Assembly: GCF_009914755.1 (NCBI RefSeq)
Contig: NC_060940.1
Direction: 5' to 3' (one strand)
From: the human T2T-CHM13v2.0 reference genome, Homo sapiens
Length of the DNA: 64,000 nucleotides
Positions within the stretch are counted from its first letter, which is position 1. Every line of letters begins with the position of its first letter. Positions 60,313 through 64,000 of this stretch are shown here, piece after piece. The position numbers and the translations under genes were made by a program. The notes below the pieces were generated by a model. That model saw only the letters and a list, made by a program, of their open reading frames with translations, did not search any database and was not told the origin of the DNA.

Positions 60313-61423
60313 GAGCTGTTTATAAGGAAAACAGCAAACCGTTTGTCTGAGTATAGGATGGTCTCTCTAGAGCAAGAAGGGAAGGCAGGTGAATCTCATG
60401 ACTCCAGCTGGAAGGAGAGAGGATCAGTCTGTGCTGAATCCCCAACAGCTGACCTCCAAGAGGTCTTGATGTTCTTACAGAAAGGCCACCTGCAGGACAG
60501 GGTTGTGTGTGCTGCTGGGAGGCCAGGCGGGGACTCCTGGGAAAGCCTTCTCCTGGCTCCAGTTCCATTTGGCTCATCTCCAAGGTGGCCAGGTACTCAC
60601 TGATGCATGGACAGCTCATATGTTCATCTGTGAACTATGTCCAGGCTCAAGATGAGCTGGAAGTGCAATTTTTTTTCCACTTGCTGCTTTATCCCTTCTG
60701 TGCATTCCTCTTGCTATCATTTAGCACCTGGAAAAATGTAGAATTCAAGATCAGAAAGACAACTGGAGCTCATGCCCCACACACCCCCACCATCACATGC
60801 AAATGAAATTACTGAGGCCTGGAGTGCTTAAGACTCTTTCCCAAATCCTGTCACTAATAAAACGAGAGCTGGAGATTGGGAATCCTGACTTGAGCCGGTG
60901 CTGTTATTACCCTTTTTCTAATCATCAGTGCACCCAAGGAAAAAGAAGTTTCCCAATTTTATTTATTTCAGTAAGTATTTACTGTCATTGTCTACTCTTC
61001 ATCCTAGTAGCAAAAAAATAAAATTTGCAAGTGGAAACTAATCATCACCGTTGTGGTCTTAGCTGAATTATTCTTTACAGATCTAAAGAGAGACCACAGA
61101 AAGATCTGAATGGCAGCATGCCTTAAGAACAAGATTGACCCAGGTTACTTGTCTCAGGGCCAAGTATATGGCAGAACTCAGTCATCTAAAGGAGAGACTG
61201 ACCCCGGGGAAAGGCAGCCCACATTGCCAGAGCTTCTGATTTTTTCAAGAGAACCTGGCAGTTGGAGTCTTGTATGAAATAGCTTGATGTATACAACTAA
61301 AGGATTTAAGGGAATCTGTTTCTTAAAATTTAATATGAAGGCCACCATCTCCTGCACAAAACAAAAATCTTTTTGTGTTATCAAAATGGACTGTTGATTT
61401 AAGAACCTTGCTCTTGCTTTAGA

Positions 61424-61596
61424 TCAGAGCCCTCAAACACATTGGAATGATTCGGAGAGCTTTAGAAAACATGCATGCCTTAGCCCCACTCCACACTCCA
61501 TGATTCTGAGCCTCTTGGGGTAGGCTCTGGGCATCAGCACTTGAGAAAGCCCCCCCGGGCAGCCGCTATGTGCAGCTGGGGGTTATGCACCACTAG
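61424..61596. mobile_element. MER5A-like hAT element
   Basis: gagagctttagaaaacatgcatgcc...gattctgag...ctgggcatcagc...gcaccactag. Confidence 0.6.
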
Positions 61597-62269
61597 GCTG
61601 ACTGTAGTGTGAACATTGAGGATCCTACCCCAATCCTCTTCTTTCCCATGGGTAAGGACATCTGGACTGTGATTGCTGGACATCAGGATGGCCTTAATAT
61701 TAGGGTTAACATCTGGATCATTGGCTGCCTTTTTTATTTCTCGTCCTGCTGTTTGGGTACTTTATAGACATAGACAGTTGTCCATGTGACCCCATTTGCC
61801 TCGAGTTGCTTCTGTAGAGTTTTGATCCCACACTTTATGATGTGTCTCAGCTCTGGGGCGAGGGGGCTGTTCAGTGAAGTTGGTTTGTGCTTCTTCCCTC
61901 TGATCTCCTTTTCTTCTCCCAGCCTTGGGGGTTCTGCAGCTAACTGTGGTCCTTTCATGTAGCTGCCTTTGGTCTGCTGGGGACTTTGAAGGTTTGCCTT
62001 TGAAACACCCAGATCCCTTTTTGGTTCCTTCCTCTACCCCATCTGCTTCTCTCCACTCCCCTTACTGTTGGCAGCATCCCCTCGCCTTGGCAGTCCAGCT
62101 TTTGAGAGTCACTGTGATCAACCCAGCAATTCCTACTGGGGAAAAAAAAAAGAAAAAGTAGGGAGCCATGATAGGTGCACCATGTCTATCAAAGCCATCA
62201 AAATGGCTATTTTAGAAAAAAACCTCAATAAATCTTATTGTTGATCTTGTTACACATGATAACAGCATT

Positions 62270-62385
62270 TTCTTATTTTTTTAATTTATTTTTTTTAAGA
62301 GATAGGGCCTTGCTTTGTTGCCCAAGCAGGACTTACAGTCTTGCATTCAAGTGATCTTCCCATCTCAGCCTCCTGAATAGCTGTG
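62270..62385 (-). mobile_element. AluJ/FLAM fragment
   Basis: gagatagggccttgctttgttgccca...ctcagcctcctgaatagctg. Confidence 0.7.
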
Positions 62386-62791
62386 CATTCTTGTTCTATA
62401 AGAAAGTATCTGTAATTTCTAGTGGCACAATTGGATTATAAAGTAGAGGTTAAATGATAGGAACTCTGGACTTGCTTAAAATACTTTAGAAAATAAATGA
62501 ATAGGTAAATAGCAAGGTAAAGCAATGGTGGCAAGCTCTTAATTACTGTTGAATATGGGTACTGAGTATATAAAACCCATTATATAACATGTTCTACTTT
62601 TGTGCATATTGAAACTTTTTATTAAGCATATACACATGCACACACACGTATAATTCTCAGCCCTATAACATTCTACAATTCAATAGGAATATATGATTCC
62701 AAGATTCTATAATTCTTTCTTTCTTACCAATTAATTGGTGCTTGAGATTGATGTAACTGAATGAATAGATGACTTCATAAAAAGTAAATGA

Positions 62792-63182
62792 GCTTGGGCC
62801 TGGTGGCACACGCCTGTAATCTCAACAGTTTTGGAAGCTTAGGCAGGCAGGTTACTTGAGCCCAGAATTTGAGACCAGCCTGGGCGACATGGCAAAATCT
62901 CATCTTTACCAAAAAAAGTAAAATAAAATTATATATAAATATAAATGTATTTATAGTGTGTGCATATATATAAAAATATATAAACACATGCACAACGTGT
63001 GTATTTTTATATATATACACACACAAATTAGCTGGGCACAGTGGTGCGCACCTGTAGTCTCAGCTACTCGGGAAGCTAAGGTGAGAGTACTGCTTAAGCC
63101 CAGGAGCTCAAGGCTACAGTGAGATGTGATCAAACCACTGTACTGGGTGACAGAGCAAGACCCTCTCTCAAAATAAAATAAT
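62792..63182 (+). mobile_element. AluJ with an expanded AT-rich linker
   Basis: Left arm to ~62910, ~115-bp TA/CA linker, right arm from 63028. Confidence 0.88.
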
Positions 63183-63749
63183 AATTTATAATGAAACCAA
63201 CACATACAATTAAAGAAATAAAAAATAGGCCAAATAGCATCTATACTTCACCTTCCCAACATGTTAGCTTTTACAGGTAGCTGTCTGGCATTTGTTTCAT
63301 TGCTGTCCATCTAGTTTGGAGTTTTGCTTTATTGATTTATGATATTATCAAGCACAGACTGTGAACTGGATCTTATATTGTGGCAATATTAGCTTTCTGG
63401 CTGCTTTGAATTTGCAGTCTTAACCCCCAAAGAGAGAAATCAGAAATGACAGCATTTTGGCCAAATACAAGCGTCCAGTGCATTTGTCATCGGAGTGATC
63501 GGAGTGAATCTCTCATTTTTACTTGTGCTGCTACTTTACATGTAGTGACTTCAAGTACAGAGTGAAAACTTAATACTCGTTCATTGTTCCAGAAATATTT
63601 ATTGGGTACTGGCTCCCCGCCAGGCTCTGGGCAGGGCCTAGATGCTGTGTCAGCGAACAGGAGAGATTCAGTCCGTGTGTTCGTGGAGGTTGCATTTAGA
63701 CGGGCATTTCATTATGAAACAACACACGGGAAACTATACTTGAAATATG

Positions 63750-64000
63750 CATCCTGGCAGGCCACAGTGGCTCACTCCTGTAATCCCAGCACTCTAGGAG
63801 TCTGAGGCGGGTGGATCACTTGAGGGCAGGAGTTCGAGACCAGCCTGGCCAACATGGTGAAACCTCGTCTCTACTAAAATTACAGAAATTAGCTGAGCAT
63901 GGTTGGGGGTGGGGGCAGTGCCTGTAGTCCCAGCTACTTGGGAGACTGAGGCAGGAGGATCACTTGAACCCAGGAGGTGGAGGTTGCAATGAGCCGAGAT
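63750..64000 (+). mobile_element. AluS, partial (cut by window edge)
   Basis: agtggctcactcctgtaatcccagcac...ggttgcaatgagccgagat. Confidence 0.92.

Overview
Primate (most likely human or great-ape) non-coding DNA, either a large intron or intergenic. I found no credible protein-coding exon, RNA gene or CRISPR array, and I could not identify the host gene. The supplied ORFs are mostly artefacts of Alu, L1, microsatellite or low-complexity sequence. The window holds about 28 Alus (J, S and Y), fragments of L1, L2 and MIR, LTRs (THE1, MST, MLT1, LTR8, MER34-like), DNA transposons (MER30, Tigger3, MER20, MER5A), microsatellites, a small orphan CpG-rich element near 31.6-31.9 kb and several unique AT-rich blocks that may be enhancers. 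Repeat families were assigned by recalling consensus sequences, so subfamily calls need RepeatMasker or Dfam. The most interesting signals are structural. (1) A tandem pair of ~90-nt hairpins with a 100-bp period at 19.2-19.4 kb. (2) A recurring set of short, locally templated duplications and inverted patchwork insertions that look like DNA-repair scars. (3) Two AluY elements inserted head-to-head, 30 bp apart, at the same TT|AA site. (4) A polyadenylated, truncated MER34-like LTR that appears to be an L1-processed ERV transcript. (5) An Alu tail converted into a ~490-bp purine tract. None of these demonstrates a new biological system; they are hypotheses to test.
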